A stretch of 47,570 nucleotides of DNA from an uncultured Oscillospiraceae bacterium (GCA_964442035.1 CAYTWZ010000003.1:1-47570), one strand, 5' to 3'; shown: positions 1 through 10,096, counted from the first letter of the stretch. The notes: a model not told the origin generated them from the sequence alone. Translations and numbers: made by a program.

Positions 1-53
1 CCAACGACAACGCGGTTAACAGCCGCGGGCTCTACCGACTGAGCTATTGAGGA
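1..53 (-). tRNA. tRNA-Asn (anticodon GTT), 3' part cut off by the window edge
   Basis: The reverse complement reads TCCTCAA-TA-GCTC-AGTCGGTA-GAGC-C-CGCGG-CTGTTAA-CCGCG-TTGTC-GTTGG. This gives a 7-bp acceptor arm, a D arm, an anticodon stem-loop with GTT, and the start of the T arm. Confidence 0.85.
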
Positions 54-80
54 ATGTTCACTTCTCACTCAACAAAAAAT

Positions 81-109
81 ATTATATCACATATAAAATA
101 GAAAATCAA
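81..109 (-). promoter_or_regulatory. sigma-70-type promoter for the tRNA-Asn gene
   Basis: The minus strand reads TTGATT, a 17-nt spacer, then TATAAT preceded by TGa (extended -10). It lies about 30 nt upstream of the tRNA 5' end. Confidence 0.55.
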
Positions 110-248
110 GTACTTTTTTTAAAATTTCTAAAAAATTTACTCCGCTTGACCATCAGAGTAAACGCAATCTCACACAAAGCGCAAACGCATTTGCTCTGAC
201 AGTCAGACAAGTAATACAAATATAAGGAAGCGCCGTCCGAGTATTAAA

Positions 249-338
249 ACAAGACCCGGAGACATCTTTCGTTTTTCGGTGAAAGGTCCCTTCCCTCACC
301 ATGGCGCCCCATGACGGGCTTTCAGCCCTTATTGAAAA
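249..338. repeat. Copy A of a structured repeat, immediately 3' of the UPF0210 gene. It is inverted relative to copy B at 1722-1796.
   Basis: Positions 268-338 match the reverse complement of 1722-1796, with about 8 mismatches and 1 indel over about 73 nt. Exact blocks are CTCACCATGGCGCCCCATGAC and GGCTTTCAGCCCTTA. Positions 250-275 are also a direct repeat of 1840-1865. Confidence 0.8.
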
Positions 339-342
339 AGCC

Positions 343-1701
343 TCAGTTTTTCAAACTGTGTATAGGTGCGGGGATACGTCCGCCGCGGGCGATAAATTCC
401 GCGCAGCTTCCGTTGTTTACCGGCATTATAGGCGCTGTACCCAAAAGGCCGCCAAACTCCACCTCATCTCCTACTTCCTTGCCGATGGCCGGAATAACAC
501 GGACGGCGGTGGTCTTTGTATTTACCATGCCTATGGCCATTTCATCCGCAATAATGCCGCTGATAGTGTCAGCACTTGTACTGCCGGGTACAGCGATCAT
601 GTCAAGGCCTACGCTGCACACACAGGTCATGGCCTCCAGCTTTTCGAGAGTAAGACAGCCGCTCTTAGCCGCAGCGATCATGCCCGCATCCTCGCTTACG
701 GGGATAAAGGCTCCGCTTAGACCGCCCACATAGCTACTGGCCATGACGCCGCCCTTCTTTACCGCATCGTTGAGCAACGCAAGGGCCGCTGTGGTTCCGT
801 GGGTGCCGCACTGCTCAAGGCCCATTTCCTCAAGGATATGAGCCACGCTGTCACCTCTGGCGGGAGTTGGAGCAAGGGACAGATCTACTATGCCGAAGGG
901 CACATTGAGCCGTCTGCTGGCCTCCTGAGCCACCATCTGCCCCATGCGTGTGATCTTAAAGGCAGTATTCTTAATTGTATCAGCCACAATGCCGAAGGGC
1001 TGACCCTTTACACGCTCAAGAGCGCACTTTACAACGCCGGGACCGCTTACGCCCACATTGATGACACATTCAGGCTCGCCGGTGCCATGGAAGGCTCCGG
1101 CCATGAATGGATTGTCCTCAACTGCGTTGGCAAACACGACCAACTTGGCGCAGCCGAAGCCGCCTTTGTCCGCTGTTGCGGCGGCTGTATCTTTGATTAT
1201 TCTGCCCATATGACGCACGGCATCCATATTTATTCCCGCCTTGGTTGTTGCCACATTTACGCTTGAACAAAGGAAATCCGTTGTGGCAAGAGCCTCAGGG
1301 ATAGTTTCGATAAATTCATAGTCGGCCTTGGTATATCCCTTGGCCACAAGGGCGCTGTAGCCACCAAGGAAGTTGACGCCGGTGGTCTTTGCCGCACGGT
1401 CAAGGGCCGCGGCAAATTCAAGGCTGTTGCCGCAGGCAGCGCTGATAAGAGACACGGGGGTGACAGATATACGCTTGTTGACAATGGGGATGCCATATTC
1501 CGCCTCGATCTGTTCGCCTGTGGAAACAAGATTTTCCGCCAAACGTGTGACCTTGTCGTAAACGCGCTGAGCGCCCTTTTTGCTGTCATCACTGATACAG
1601 TCAAAAAGTGAAATTCCCATAGTTATGGTGCGGACGTCAAGGTGTTCGTCCCGAATCATATTAAGGGTCTCGATTATTTCTAAGGGGTTAACGCTAAGCA
1701 T
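343..1701 (-). CDS. UPF0210 / PFL-family protein (DUF711)
   Basis: 452-aa ORF with ATG start and RBS GAAAGGAGGGGG. The N-terminus ([32 protein letters not shown]) and the size are typical of the UPF0210 family, which is normally paired with a small ACT protein. Confidence 0.85.
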   Translation of the reverse strand: MLSVNPLEIIETLNMIRDEHLDVRTITMGISLFDCISDDSKKGAQRVYDKVTRLAENLVSTGEQIEAEYGIPIVNKRISVTPVSLISAACGNSLEFAAALDRAAKTTGVNFLGGYSALVAKGYTKADYEFIETIPEALATTDFLCSSVNVATTKAGINMDAVRHMGRIIKDTAAATADKGGFGCAKLVVFANAVEDNPFMAGAFHGTGEPECVINVGVSGPGVVKCALERVKGQPFGIVADTIKNTAFKITRMGQMVAQEASRRLNVPFGIVDLSLAPTPARGDSVAHILEEMGLEQCGTHGTTAALALLNDAVKKGGVMASSYVGGLSGAFIPVSEDAGMIAAAKSGCLTLEKLEAMTCVCSVGLDMIAVPGSTSADTISGIIADEMAIGMVNTKTTAVRVIPAIGKEVGDEVEFGGLLGTAPIMPVNNGSCAEFIARGGRIPAPIHSLKN

Positions 1702-1868
1702 TCGACCCCCTCCTTTCGATGTTTTTCATAAGGGCTGAAAGCCTGTCATGGGGCGCCATGGTGAGAGAAAGGAACTCCCACCGAGAAACGACAGGGTCGC
1801 CCGTCCCCGCGAAGCAGAAGCACCGACCGAGTCGGCAGGCAAGACCCGGGGGACAGCTTTCGTTTAAG
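1702..1868 (-). promoter_or_regulatory. Structured 167-nt intercistronic RNA region (contains repeat copy B) between the ACT gene and the UPF0210 gene
   Basis: On the minus strand there are several nested hairpins: CCGAC-TCG-GTCGG, GTCCCC/GGGGAC, AAACGA/TCGTTT, GGTGGGAG/CTCTCACC, CCATGG-CGCC-CCATG and GGCT-TTC-AGCC. The region ends at the RBS. The spacer is unusually long for an operon-internal gap. Confidence 0.6.
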
Positions 1869-2138
1869 CTATATGCGATGCATTGAGTTGAAAAGATCCT
1901 CACGCTGGATGGAGATGGCGACACCCATTTCCTCGCCCACAGTCTCCAGTCCCGACTTAAGTCCGGCGATATCAAGGGGACTTCCAGTGGTATCGATCAG
2001 CATTATCATTGTAAATATGTCCTGCATTATGGTCTGGCTTATATCCAGAATGTTGATATTATTGGAGTAAAGCAGGCCGCTGACTCTGGCGATTATGCCG
2101 GTCTTGTCCTTACCAACTACGGTTACAACTGCTTTCAT
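1869..2138 (-). CDS. ACT domain-containing protein (UPF0237 family)
   Basis: MKAVVTVVGKDKTGIIARVSGLLYSNNINILDISQ is the classic ACT fold start. The ATG at 2138 is preceded by GGGAGG. The longer ORF-track start at 2177 has no RBS. Confidence 0.85.
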   Translation of the reverse strand: MKAVVTVVGKDKTGIIARVSGLLYSNNINILDISQTIMQDIFTMIMLIDTTGSPLDIAGLKSGLETVGEEMGVAISIQREDLFNSMHRI

Positions 2139-2293
2139 CTTAATATTCCTCCCTTGGATTGGTTTAATAAGGCGCACAGCGCCGACATAAGGCTTTAACG
2201 GGAACCGACATTTCCCCGCCTAAAAACAAAAATGATGCCCAGCCCCTATTAAGGCCGGTAAATGCTTTCGTTTAATATATCATAGTATTATGT

Positions 2294-2322
2294 ATAATAT
2301 AATATTCCGGTAAAATAATCAA
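2294..2322 (-). promoter_or_regulatory. Putative promoter of the ACT-UPF0210 operon
   Basis: The minus strand reads TTGATT, a 17-nt spacer, then TATTAT. It is followed by a leader of about 150 nt that starts near TTAAACGAAAGC. Confidence 0.4.
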
Positions 2323-2544
2323 TTGCTTTTTATCAGAAATGTTCAGGTTTTTTTCGGATTTTTTTGTGTATATTTGGGAAGCGCCGATTAATTCTTAAAT
2401 GATGATTGGCGAGAGAATTTTTCTCGCAGAAAGGCAAAAGGCACATGAATACTTGTTGTATTTCGGGCTTTTTAAACGTAGCCTTAGGGAGAATTAACCT
2501 CAAGCAGCGTTTTAATCCGTAAGCGTGGATTATTCAGCGCTTCC

Positions 2545-3303
2545 TTAGCCCAACAACAGTGTTTTTAGCACAGCGAGGCTTTCCCGCAAATAGTTTTGAG
2601 GATAGGTATACCAATCCGTGTAGCTGTGAACATGGGTGATGCTGCTAAAGCCCGCCTTTTTAGCCATAAGTCCGGCTCTGAACACATGGAAATCGTTAGT
2701 GATATACGCTACGGTATAATTCCCGTCAAAGCGCTTGTCCAGTATTTCCTTTGAAAAGCGGAAGTTTTCCTCAGTGCTGACGGCCTTTTCTTCCATAAGG
2801 ATGCGTTCCTCCGGGACATTACAGGCAAGAAGGTATTCCTTCATTGCCAGAGCCTCGGTCACATTCTCCTGAAAGCCCTGACCGCCGGAAACCACGATCA
2901 ACGCGTCGGGATCATCACGACTGTAAAGCACTGCCCGGTCAAGGCGACGGCGCAAGTGCAGGGACGGCGTACGTCCGTGAACTCCCGCCCCAAGCACGAT
3001 TACCGCATCTTCTGTATAATCGGCATTGTCCAACACTCCGTAACAGGCCAAAAAGCAGGACAGTGTCAAAAAGCAGCATAGGCCCAAAAGTATAAGTCTT
3101 TTGCACCACATGAGAGGGCCTTTTGCTGTAAGACTGCTTATCTTTTTATAAAACACTCCCCAAAGCAATACCGCTATTCCCAAAATAACAGTAAGAAGTA
3201 TCCCAAGACTGAAATTACTCCTTGCCGCCACAATTATCCCGTCCAGCAGCAGAAGGCTTCCCACAGCTGTCAATATCCACTGTAAAGCCTTAGTCCTCTT
3301 CAT
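2545..3303 (-). CDS. YdcF/DUF218 family (SanA/ElyC-like) membrane-anchored protein
   Basis: N-terminal transmembrane segments are followed by a DUF218-like core (VIVLGAGVHG ... IVVSGGQG). The start at MKRTKAL (3303) overlaps the upstream gene's stop by 14 nt. Confidence 0.7.
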   Translation of the reverse strand: MKRTKALQWILTAVGSLLLLDGIIVAARSNFSLGILLTVILGIAVLLWGVFYKKISSLTAKGPLMWCKRLILLGLCCFLTLSCFLACYGVLDNADYTEDAVIVLGAGVHGRTPSLHLRRRLDRAVLYSRDDPDALIVVSGGQGFQENVTEALAMKEYLLACNVPEERILMEEKAVSTEENFRFSKEILDKRFDGNYTVAYITNDFHVFRAGLMAKKAGFSSITHVHSYTDWYTYPQNYLRESLAVLKTLLLG

Positions 3304-4138
3304 TGGTTTCCACATCCTTTGCCGGGCGAAGGGCATCAAGCCTATCCAGAGCGTCAGTCACATCCTGACGCTTTATGGCAGTAACGCCTGTAAAGGAGCA
3401 GCGCAAAGCTTTGTTGAGCATGTCTTCCGCATCCTCGTAATTACCCATAGCTTCCAGAACCTTTGCATAACGGTAATATGGCGTAGGGCTGGGCTGACGG
3501 TTAACAAGCAGCTTTTTGTAAACCTCGCCCGCCTCCTCAAGCTTGCCCTGAGTATAATACATATTGCCCAAATTGTCCGCGATGGTTCGGTCGTCGGCAT
3601 TGTAATCATAAGCCTCGGTCATAAACTCCATGGCTTCCTCGGTCATTGATGGATCCGCATTAGCCTTGTCAATGTAGATTAGTCCCAAAGTGCCATAGGT
3701 ATCGGTCGCAGGCATGTCGGCATGTACTTCCTTCATAAGAGCAAAGGCCTCGTCCAGCCTTCCGTCCTTCCAGAGCATAATAGCCTTGTTGTGCTTTGCC
3801 CGGCATATATCCCCCTTGCTGCCCTTTCCGGAGGAGATAAATTTGTCAAGCACCTGATATGCCTGATCGTTTTTATTTTCACGAATAAGGCAGTAAGAGT
3901 AGTAAACCGTCATACTGCTGTTGAGCCGTCCGGTGTTATAAGCCTTTTCCATCATGGCAAGGCCGCCCTCTCTGTCTCCCCGATTGTATTTTGAATTGCC
4001 ACGGAGCATGATGATCTGAGGCCATTCCAAGATAAGGAAACCCGCAATAAACCCCGCAAGCAGGATAAGGCCAAGAGTATGGTCAACAAAATTGTACACT
4101 ACAAATACCGCAACCAGCGGGAGAATAACCTTTAGCAT
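3290..4138 (-). CDS. Membrane-anchored TPR-repeat protein, function unknown
   Basis: Two N-terminal hydrophobic helices are followed by repeated TPR-like A/Y/L-rich 34-mers (NYEDAEDMLNKAL, KLEEAGEVYKKLL). The start is either 4147 or, with better RBS spacing, 4138. Confidence 0.6.
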   Translation of the reverse strand: MLKVILPLVAVFVVYNFVDHTLGLILLAGFIAGFLILEWPQIIMLRGNSKYNRGDREGGLAMMEKAYNTGRLNSSMTVYYSYCLIRENKNDQAYQVLDKFISSGKGSKGDICRAKHNKAIMLWKDGRLDEAFALMKEVHADMPATDTYGTLGLIYIDKANADPSMTEEAMEFMTEAYDYNADDRTIADNLGNMYYTQGKLEEAGEVYKKLLVNRQPSPTPYYRYAKVLEAMGNYEDAEDMLNKALRCSFTGVTAIKRQDVTDALDRLDALRPAKDVETNEED

Positions 4139-4153
4139 ACTAATCATCCTTTC

Positions 4154-5548
4154 CTAAAATTCCGCGTTTCCGGCAGTCCGGGGGAAGCTTTGGACATCTC
4201 TGATATTGGAAACGCCGGTAATATACATAAGCGCCCGCTCAAAGCCAAGACCAAAGCCCGCATGCCTTACACTGCCATAGCGCCGCAGGTCAAGATACCA
4301 CCAGTAGTCCTTTTCGTTGAGGCCAAGCTCCGCCATTCTGGCGGTAAGCGCGTCAAGTCTTTCCTCACGTTGGGAGCCTCCTATGATCTCACCCACTCCC
4401 GGCACAAGGCAGTCCATGGCAGCAACGGTTTTGCCATCGTCGTTAAGCCGCATATAAAAGGCCTTTATCTCCTTGGGATAGTCCGTAACAAATACCGGTC
4501 GCTTGAATATTTTCTCTGTAAGATAACGTTCGTGTTCGGTCTGAAGGTCTATGCCCCAAGACACGGGATATTCAAATTTTTCCCCGCTCTTTTGAAGAAG
4601 CTCCACCGCGTCGGTATAGGTTATCCGGGCAAAATCAGAATCCACCACACCATTAAGCCTGTCCAAAAGGCCCTTGTCCACAAACTTATTGAAAAACTCC
4701 ATTTCATTGGGAGCATTATCCATAACGTAACGGATTATATATTTAAGCATATCCTCCGCCAGTGCCGCGTCATCATTAAGATCAGCAAATGCGATCTCCG
4801 GCTCCACCATCCAGAATTCAGCCCCATGGCGGGGCGTATTACTGTTTTCCGCACGGAAAGTCGGCCCAAAGGTGTACACGCTACCAAAAGCCATTGCATA
4901 AGTTTCCGCATTAAGCTGGCCGCTTACGGTAAGATTAGCCGCCTTGCCGAAAAAGTCCTTTGACCAGTCAATTTTTCCATCCGAAGCACGGGGCGGGTTT
5001 TCCATGTCAAGAGTAGTCAGACGGAACATTTCTCCGGCGCCTTCACAGTCACTGGACGTGATAATCGGGGTATGAACATACACAAAGCCCCTCTCGTAAA
5101 AAAAGCTGTGTATAGCATAAGCAAGCACACTGCGCACCCTGAACACCGCCGAAAACAGATTTGTACGAGGTCTGAGATGAGCGATAGTCCGCAGATATTC
5201 GCTACTGTGGCGCTTTTTCTGCAGTGGGTAGTCAGGCGTAGATCTGCCCTCAACCCGAGCGTATTCCGCGTTAAGCTCAAAAGGCTGTTTGGCATCAGGC
5301 GTCATACATATAACACCCTCAAACCACAGTGCCGCTCCAACGTTTTGGGAAACAATCTCATCATAATTGGATAACTTTGATTTTTCCACAACTACCTGAA
5401 GGTTCTCGAAAAAGCTGCCGTCATTTATTATAACAAAGCCAAAGGAGCCATTGTCCCTTATACTGCGGATCCAGCCCGCCACCCGAACCTTTTGCCCCTG
5501 AGACAGAGCATTACCTCTGTACAGGGCTTTTATTGTTGTGCGCCGCAT
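4154..5548 (-). CDS. asnS: Asparagine--tRNA ligase
   Basis: 464 aa with an N-terminal OB anticodon-binding domain ([25 protein letters not shown]) and class II motifs ([30 protein letters not shown]). RBS is GGAGGA. Confidence 0.9.
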   Translation of the reverse strand: MRRTTIKALYRGNALSQGQKVRVAGWIRSIRDNGSFGFVIINDGSFFENLQVVVEKSKLSNYDEIVSQNVGAALWFEGVICMTPDAKQPFELNAEYARVEGRSTPDYPLQKKRHSSEYLRTIAHLRPRTNLFSAVFRVRSVLAYAIHSFFYERGFVYVHTPIITSSDCEGAGEMFRLTTLDMENPPRASDGKIDWSKDFFGKAANLTVSGQLNAETYAMAFGSVYTFGPTFRAENSNTPRHGAEFWMVEPEIAFADLNDDAALAEDMLKYIIRYVMDNAPNEMEFFNKFVDKGLLDRLNGVVDSDFARITYTDAVELLQKSGEKFEYPVSWGIDLQTEHERYLTEKIFKRPVFVTDYPKEIKAFYMRLNDDGKTVAAMDCLVPGVGEIIGGSQREERLDALTARMAELGLNEKDYWWYLDLRRYGSVRHAGFGLGFERALMYITGVSNIRDVQSFPRTAGNAEF

Positions 5549-5663
5549 AGAATATTCCTCCAGAAAATAACATTTTTAAAATCAGCATTTATCAACATAA
5601 TATAATTATGACACAAAAGATAGGATTTGTCCAGACTTTAATGTGAAAATTTTCCTAAACTTC

Positions 5664-5692
5664 TTGACTTTATGAGAATTTTAATATAAAAT
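5664..5692 (+). promoter_or_regulatory. Putative promoter for the 5781-6305 membrane protein gene
   Basis: TTGACT, a 17-nt spacer, then TAAAAT, in an AT-rich divergent intergenic region. Confidence 0.45.
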
Positions 5693-5780
5693 ATAACTAA
5701 ACTTCCAATAAAGGGCATTACGCCTTATTGAGATAAAGCATTTTAGAATACATTATGTACAAAACTCGGAGGAATCGACA

Positions 5781-6305
5781 ATGAAAAAAAATGCCGGACA
5801 AACAAAGAATGACAAGGCTGTCAAGCAGAAGATACGTCAGGAAAGCGAACGCTTTTCAGACAAGGCTGTACTGCTTTCCACCTTTATAATATTATACGTA
5901 TTTCTTCTGATGCTTCTTCAGCGCATGAGCCGGTCCACCTTGACGGTGGTCGGGGCAAACGCCTTTACAAACATACTTTTCGGTGTTAGCATAGCCGGGG
6001 CCATGATATGCGCGGCTTGGGCAGCCTACAAGGAACGCAAGGGACTGCTCACTTACTGCGGAGTATTCGTATTCATACTTTGGAGCACTGTTGTAATCAA
6101 GTTCTGCGGTCACCCGGCTAGCAGTGCCTATGCTCTTATTTACGCCGGACTGGCAGTGGCATTCGTTTATGTACAGGTTTTCTACGGAATGCATGCGGCA
6201 GGCAAGGCAAATTCAAAGAAATCCAAGCTTATTTTGGGTATTGTGGGCGTAGTGATCATAGCCGCATTTGCCGCAGCGTCAATATTGCTGTATCTGAAAA
6301 AGTAA
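5781..6305 (+). CDS. Hypothetical small integral membrane protein
   Basis: 174 aa with RBS GGAGGA. A basic N-terminus is followed by about 4-5 hydrophobic helices. I recognise no family. Confidence 0.6.
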   Translation: MKKNAGQTKNDKAVKQKIRQESERFSDKAVLLSTFIILYVFLLMLLQRMSRSTLTVVGANAFTNILFGVSIAGAMICAAWAAYKERKGLLTYCGVFVFILWSTVVIKFCGHPASSAYALIYAGLAVAFVYVQVFYGMHAAGKANSKKSKLILGIVGVVIIAAFAAASILLYLKK

Positions 6306-6412
6306 AGTGAAAAGCCTGAACATGGCGGTAATGCATGGCAAAAGCAGTGCATACTGTTTAAACAATGATAAAATCAATTAACATCAATTTTGGATTTCAA
6401 CCTTGATATACA

Positions 6413-6447
6413 AATGAGCGTAGATTTGGTTTACGCTCATTTATTTG
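6413..6447 (+). terminator. Intrinsic terminator after the membrane protein gene
   Basis: Stem AATGAGCGTA/TACGCTCATT with a 9-nt loop, followed by TATTTG. Confidence 0.55.
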
Positions 6448-6467
6448 TCGAATTTTATTGTCTTCCG

Positions 6468-6497
6468 CGAAAAAGGAGCTGAAAAACCAGCTCCTTT
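6468..6497 (-). terminator. Intrinsic terminator ending the ribosomal super-operon (after rplQ)
   Basis: Perfect 10-bp stem AAAGGAGCTG/CAGCTCCTTT with a 6-nt loop and a T-run on the minus strand. It is also T-rich on the plus side, so it may act bidirectionally. Confidence 0.75.
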
Positions 6498-6512
6498 TAT
6501 TACGTTTTATTT

Positions 6513-6857
6513 TTAGTCTACAAGCTTGATTATAGCCATTGGGGCACAGTCACCGCGGCGAACACCGGTTTTGATGATCTGTGTGTAACCGCCCTGACGC
6601 TCCGCATACTTGGGAGCAAGCTCATCGAATACCTTCTTGACAACGTCCTCCTTAGTGATGAAAGAAAGCGCCTGTCTTCTTGCGTGAAGGTCGCCGCGCT
6701 TGCCGAGAGTGATCATGTTTTCAGCAAGTGCACGCACTTCCTTTGCGCGTGTTACTGTAGTTTCGATTTTGCCGTTTTCCAGAAGAGCAGTTACCAAGCC
6801 GCGAAGCATAGCCATTCTGTGGTCGGTTGCACGACCGAGCTTTCTTGTTCCAGCCAT
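6513..6857 (-). CDS. rplQ: 50S ribosomal protein L17
   Basis: [21 protein letters not shown], 114 aa, last gene after rpoA. Confidence 0.95.
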   Translation of the reverse strand: MAGTRKLGRATDHRMAMLRGLVTALLENGKIETTVTRAKEVRALAENMITLGKRGDLHARRQALSFITKEDVVKKVFDELAPKYAERQGGYTQIIKTGVRRGDCAPMAIIKLVD

Positions 6858-6917
6858 TGATATTTCCTCCTATAACGGGTCAATAGACCACGGTTGATTT
6901 TTTGTGATGGGGCAGGC

Positions 6918-7874
6918 TTAATCCTCTTCAGGGGCAAAGCTTAACCCAAGGTTCTGGAGCTTATTGCAAACCTCATCAAGAGACTTGCGGCCAAGGTTAC
7001 GAACCTTCATCATTTCTTCTTCTCTGCGCTGTGTCAGATCCTCAACTGTGTTGATTCCTGCGCGCTTCAAGCAGTTGTAGGAACGAACCGAAAGATCAAG
7101 CTCTTCAATAGTCATTTCGAGAACCTTTTCCTTCTTGGTTTCTTCCTTTTCAACCATTGTTTCTACGTTCATCGCCTCATCGGTGAGCTGGATGAAAAGC
7201 ATCATATGGTCGTTGATGATCTTGGCAGCAAGGCTGACCGCGTCATCAGCGGTTTTTGTGCCGTTTGTCCAAACCTCAATTGTGAGCTTGTCGTAGTCTG
7301 TGTTTTGCCCTACACGGGTATTCTCAACAGTGTAGTTCACCTTGTGAACAGGGGTATAGATGGAGTCCACAGGGATCAGGCCGATAAGCGGCTGGCTAAT
7401 AGCCTTGTTCTTTTCGGCTGAAACATAGCCGCGACCCTTGTTCACCATAAGCTCCATATACAATTTAGCGTCATCATTAAGTGTGGCAATATGATGGTCG
7501 CCGTTGATAATCTCCATATCGCTGTCACATTTGATGTCACAGGCACGAACCTCACCGGCGCCCTCAGCCTCAATATAAACGGTCTTGGGGCCGTCCCCGT
7601 GAAGCTTGATTATTACCTGCTTTATGTTCAGCACGATCTCGCTCACATCTTCCTTTACTCCGGGGATAGTGGAGAACTCATGCTGGATGCCATCGATCTT
7701 TATTGATGTGATAGCTGCACCCTCAAGTGATGAAAGCATCATTCTGCGAAGGGAATTTCCCAAGGTAGTACCGTAGCCTCTCTGAAGAGGAGCAACAGTG
7801 TACTTTCCGTAGGAACCGTCCTCGCTGAGCGCTACACGCTCAACGCGGGGCTTTTCAAATCTTAAATCTGTCAT
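6918..7874 (-). CDS. rpoA: DNA-directed RNA polymerase subunit alpha
   Basis: 318 aa. N-terminal domain motif [12 protein letters not shown] and C-terminal domain motif [22 protein letters not shown]. Confidence 0.95.
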   Translation of the reverse strand: MTDLRFEKPRVERVALSEDGSYGKYTVAPLQRGYGTTLGNSLRRMMLSSLEGAAITSIKIDGIQHEFSTIPGVKEDVSEIVLNIKQVIIKLHGDGPKTVYIEAEGAGEVRACDIKCDSDMEIINGDHHIATLNDDAKLYMELMVNKGRGYVSAEKNKAISQPLIGLIPVDSIYTPVHKVNYTVENTRVGQNTDYDKLTIEVWTNGTKTADDAVSLAAKIINDHMMLFIQLTDEAMNVETMVEKEETKKEKVLEMTIEELDLSVRSYNCLKRAGINTVEDLTQRREEEMMKVRNLGRKSLDEVCNKLQNLGLSFAPEED

Positions 7875-7930
7875 AGTTAAACCCTCCTACTTTATTTACT
7901 TGATGTGAATAAGTTAACCGAGGGAGCCTA

Positions 7931-8524
7931 TTACTTAGAGTACAACTCGACAATAAGTGTTTCGTTGATTTCAAAGTCGATATCATCTCTCTTGGGAGTA
8001 TCGGCAACCGTCGCTGTAAGAGTGTTTTTGTCCATGCTGAGCCACTTGGGTACAACTCTTGTAGAGTTAGCTTCTACGATGTCTTTCATCCAGTCAGCGG
8101 TAGCTGTCTTTTCCTTGAGAGAAACGACTTCACCGGTCTTTACAAGGTAAGAAGGAATATCAACGCGCTTGCCGTTTACAAGTACGTGGCCATGGGTTAC
8201 AATCTGACGAGCCTGACGGCGGGTATCCGCTAGGCCAAGTCTGAAAATAACATTGTCCAGTCTGCTTTCAAGGATGGACAGCAGGTTTTCACCTGTAATT
8301 CCTTCTTTCTTTTCAGCAAGCTCAAAGTATTTTCTGAACTGCTTCTCAAGCACGCCGTAAACAAACTTGGCTTTCTGCTTTTCATTAAGCTGAAGACCGT
8401 ATTCAGACTGCTTTCTTCTCTGGGGCTTAGGATTACGATTGCTCTTCTTGTCGATGCCCATAACGCTGGGTTCAATGCCCAGTGTACGGCAGCGCTTCAA
8501 GATGGGCTGCATATTTTTAGCCAT
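7931..8524 (-). CDS. rpsD: 30S ribosomal protein S4
   Basis: 197 aa, contains LESRLDNVIFRLGLADTRRQARQIVTHGHVLVNGKRV (S4 RNA-binding domain). Confidence 0.95.
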   Translation of the reverse strand: MAKNMQPILKRCRTLGIEPSVMGIDKKSNRNPKPQRRKQSEYGLQLNEKQKAKFVYGVLEKQFRKYFELAEKKEGITGENLLSILESRLDNVIFRLGLADTRRQARQIVTHGHVLVNGKRVDIPSYLVKTGEVVSLKEKTATADWMKDIVEANSTRVVPKWLSMDKNTLTATVADTPKRDDIDFEINETLIVELYSK

Positions 8525-8545
8525 TGCTGTAACCTCCTTCTATAA

Positions 8546-8941
8546 TCAGACTCTTCTTCTCTTGGGAGGACGGCATCCATTGTGAGGAATGGGAGTTACG
8601 TCCTTGATAAGAGTTACTTCAAGTCCTGCTGCCTGAAGCGCGCGGATAGCGGCTTCACGGCCTGCGCCGGGTCCTTTGACATATACTTCTACAACCTTGA
8701 GGCCATGCTCCATAGCGGCCTTAGCTGCTGTTTCTGCTGCTGTCTGTGCCGCAAAGGGAGTGCTCTTCTTGCTGCCACGGAAGCCAAGTCCGCCTGCGCT
8801 TGCCCAGGAAAGAGCGTTTCCGTTTACATCAGTAATTGTAACGATGGTATTGTTGAATGTGCTGCGGATATGAGCTGCTCCGCGCTCGATATTCTTACGC
8901 TCTCTGCGCTTACGTACAGCTCTCTTAACTGTTTTTGCCAT
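8546..8941 (-). CDS. rpsK: 30S ribosomal protein S11
   Basis: 131 aa, contains [14 protein letters not shown] and a C-terminal [13 protein letters not shown]. Confidence 0.95.
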   Translation of the reverse strand: MAKTVKRAVRKRRERKNIERGAAHIRSTFNNTIVTITDVNGNALSWASAGGLGFRGSKKSTPFAAQTAAETAAKAAMEHGLKVVEVYVKGPGAGREAAIRALQAAGLEVTLIKDVTPIPHNGCRPPKRRRV

Positions 8942-8954
8942 TGCCCTTTCCTCC

Positions 8955-9323
8955 TTACTTCTTCTTATTGGCTATTGTACGCTTGGGACCCTTGCGGGTT
9001 CTGGCGTTTGTCTTTGTTCTCTGGCCGCGGCAGGGAAGTCCCTTCCGGTGGCGGGTCCCGCGATAGGAACCAATTTCAATAAGGCGCTTGATATTAAGGG
9101 CCACATCTCTGCGAAGATCGCCTTCAACAACATAGCTCTTGTCGATAGCGTCACGGAGCTTCGCAACTTCTTCTTCTGTCAGATCCTTAACGCGGGTATC
9201 AGGGTTGACACCCGTTTCTGCAAGGATCTTATCTGCACTGCTTCTGCCTATGCCGTAAACGTAGGTGAGACCGATCTCAACACGTTTTTCTCTGGGCAAA
9301 TCAACACCGGCTATTCTTGCCAT
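8955..9323 (-). CDS. rpsM: 30S ribosomal protein S13
   Basis: [26 protein letters not shown], 122 aa. Confidence 0.95.
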   Translation of the reverse strand: MARIAGVDLPREKRVEIGLTYVYGIGRSSADKILAETGVNPDTRVKDLTEEEVAKLRDAIDKSYVVEGDLRRDVALNIKRLIEIGSYRGTRHRKGLPCRGQRTKTNARTRKGPKRTIANKKK

Positions 9324-9435
9324 CCTTTAATACACCTCCAAAAATTTTGCTTTTGATTTAGGTATTTTTAATCAAAGCACTGACTTAACTTTTCTTTTTA
9401 GGTAGGGTGGAATTTATATGCGCGCAGGGCAACCG

Positions 9436-9458
9436 CCAAAAAGCGGCTTCAGCCGCGC
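9436..9458 (-). terminator. Terminator-like or attenuator hairpin between rpmJ and rpsM
   Basis: The minus strand reads GCGGC-TGAA-GCCGC followed by TTTTT, inside an unusually long 150-nt gap within the operon. Confidence 0.35.
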
Positions 9459-9473
9459 CCGCGGCGTAAATAA

Positions 9474-9841
<368 letters not shown>

Positions 9842-9849
<8 letters not shown>

Positions 9850-10096
9850 GGTGACAACCTCCTTCAGATTTTAGCCTTTTTATTGCTTTTCTGATATGCG
9901 CATCGCACCTGAGAGCAGAGACATCTGTTTCCGCTCCCCGAAAAGCAATATGCCTGAAACGTTTCTTTTTAGGCTCATTCAAGCCGTGGTGCTTTCCGTC
10001 CGCCACATAGGCGAAATCGCCGTCAGTCCAAAGGACAATATAGTACCAGTCCTTGTCATGTCCGGCCAGTGACTGAACAAGCATACCTGTCTTCAT
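9842..10096 (-). CDS. KOW-domain RNA-binding protein (L14E/L24-like fold), function unknown
   Basis: The protein of about 84 aa ([22 protein letters not shown]...) sits between map and infA, as in many Clostridia. The ATG at 10096 has RBS AAGGTGAGG. The ORF-track start at 10114 is a TTG with no RBS. Confidence 0.7.

Noticed and set aside
301-1266. Plus-strand ORFs (139, 140 and 155 aa) overlapping the UPF0210 gene
   Set aside because: They are antisense shadow ORFs. The first ones begin inside repeat copy A, which explains the shared 'MAPHD.LSAL' peptide seen twice in the ORF track. That peptide is a repeat artefact, not a protein family.
5549-5780. Possible T-box leader upstream of asnS
   Set aside because: The region is AT-rich and short. 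It has no specifier-loop or T-box (AAUUAGGGUGGUACCGCG-like) sequence and no terminator/antiterminator pair. It looks like a plain divergent promoter region.
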